Shown here in pieces: positions 5,857 to 6,049 of a stretch of DNA of 6,049 bases. The number at the start of each line of letters is the position of its first letter. Position 1 is the stretch's first letter. Location: IMG/VR virus record IMGVR_UViG_2681813004_000019, positions 1-6,049 of that record, one strand, 5' to 3'. This stretch comes from a virus. Its lineage: Duplodnaviria > Heunggongvirae > Uroviricota > Caudoviricetes. Position numbers and translations under genes: made by a program. The notes under the pieces were generated by a model. It made no database searches. It was not told the DNA's origin and saw only the letters and a list, made by a program, of their open reading frames with translations.

Positions 5857-5989
5857 TTTTTGGAACTCCTGGCTGATTAAGTATGTCGATAAGGCGTTTC
5901 CATCCGTCACGTAATTTACGTGTGATTCGCTCAAGTAAAGATTCGGAAGGGCAGCCAGCAACAGGCCACCCTGCAATGGCATATTGCAT
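5849..5989 (-). CDS. cIII: CIII-like protein (lambda cIII family, FtsH inhibitor that stabilises CII), 46 aa as encoded here
   Basis: MQYAIAGWPVAGCPSESLLERITRKLRDGWKRLIDILNQPGVPKNG matches the recalled lambda CIII sequence, including the central amphipathic helix. A strong RBS AAGGAG lies 6 nt upstream of the ATG. Confidence 0.8.
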   Translation of the reverse strand: MQYAIAGWPVAGCPSESLLERITRKLRDGWKRLIDILNQPGVPKNG

Positions 5990-6049
5990 GGTGTGCTCCT
6001 TATTTATACATAACGAAAACGCCTCGAGTGAAGCGTTATTGGTATGCAT

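Noticed and set aside
6018-6037. A weak hairpin AACGC-ctcgagtgaa-GCGTT upstream of cIII as a terminator or RNase III site
   Set aside because: It has only a 5-bp stem with a 10-nt loop and lies at the window edge. It might be part of the known cIII mRNA regulatory structure, but that cannot be supported from this fragment.
5558-6049. The longer starts proposed by the track for the three small genes (5758, 5982, 6049)
   Set aside because: Strong Shine-Dalgarno sequences sit in front of internal ATGs at 5746, 5856 and 5989. The longer versions would overlap the upstream genes extensively and have no RBS. The cIII start at 5989 matches my recollection of lambda.
1-6049. CRISPR arrays, tRNA or rRNA genes
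   Set aside because: There are no regularly spaced short repeats and no tRNA-like cloverleaf or rRNA-like segments. The only repeats are the 41-bp pair and the IS1 fragment.

Overview
This window reads as the early-left region of a lambdoid (lambda-like mosaic) prophage, probably from E. coli or Shigella. All calls rest on reading the sequence and on recalled family knowledge; no database search was run. At the left edge is the 3' part of a tyrosine integrase gene (+ strand). Every other gene is on the - strand, in the order expected for a pL-type operon: cIII-like, kil-like, a 62-aa ORF, a Sak4-like RecA-fold ATPase, an SSB-like protein ending in DYPPF, a 98-aa ORF, a 55-aa ORF, an Ea22-like protein, a regulatory gap, an AntA-like antirepressor, another 55-aa ORF and an excisionase. 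The excisionase and integrase genes are convergent and overlap at their 3' ends. The most unusual structure is a roughly 690-bp insertion scar at 3231-3960. Two perfect 41-bp direct repeats bracket a non-phage segment that carries a 27-aa YohP-like membrane peptide gene, a GC-rich hairpin, and a 100-bp terminal fragment of IS1. The insertion splits a small phage ORF from its ribosome-binding site. The second notable region is the Ea22/antirepressor gap, which holds a perfect 9-bp inverted repeat and a consensus-like sigma70 promoter followed about 60 nt later by an intrinsic terminator. I saw no CRISPR array, tRNA or rRNA.
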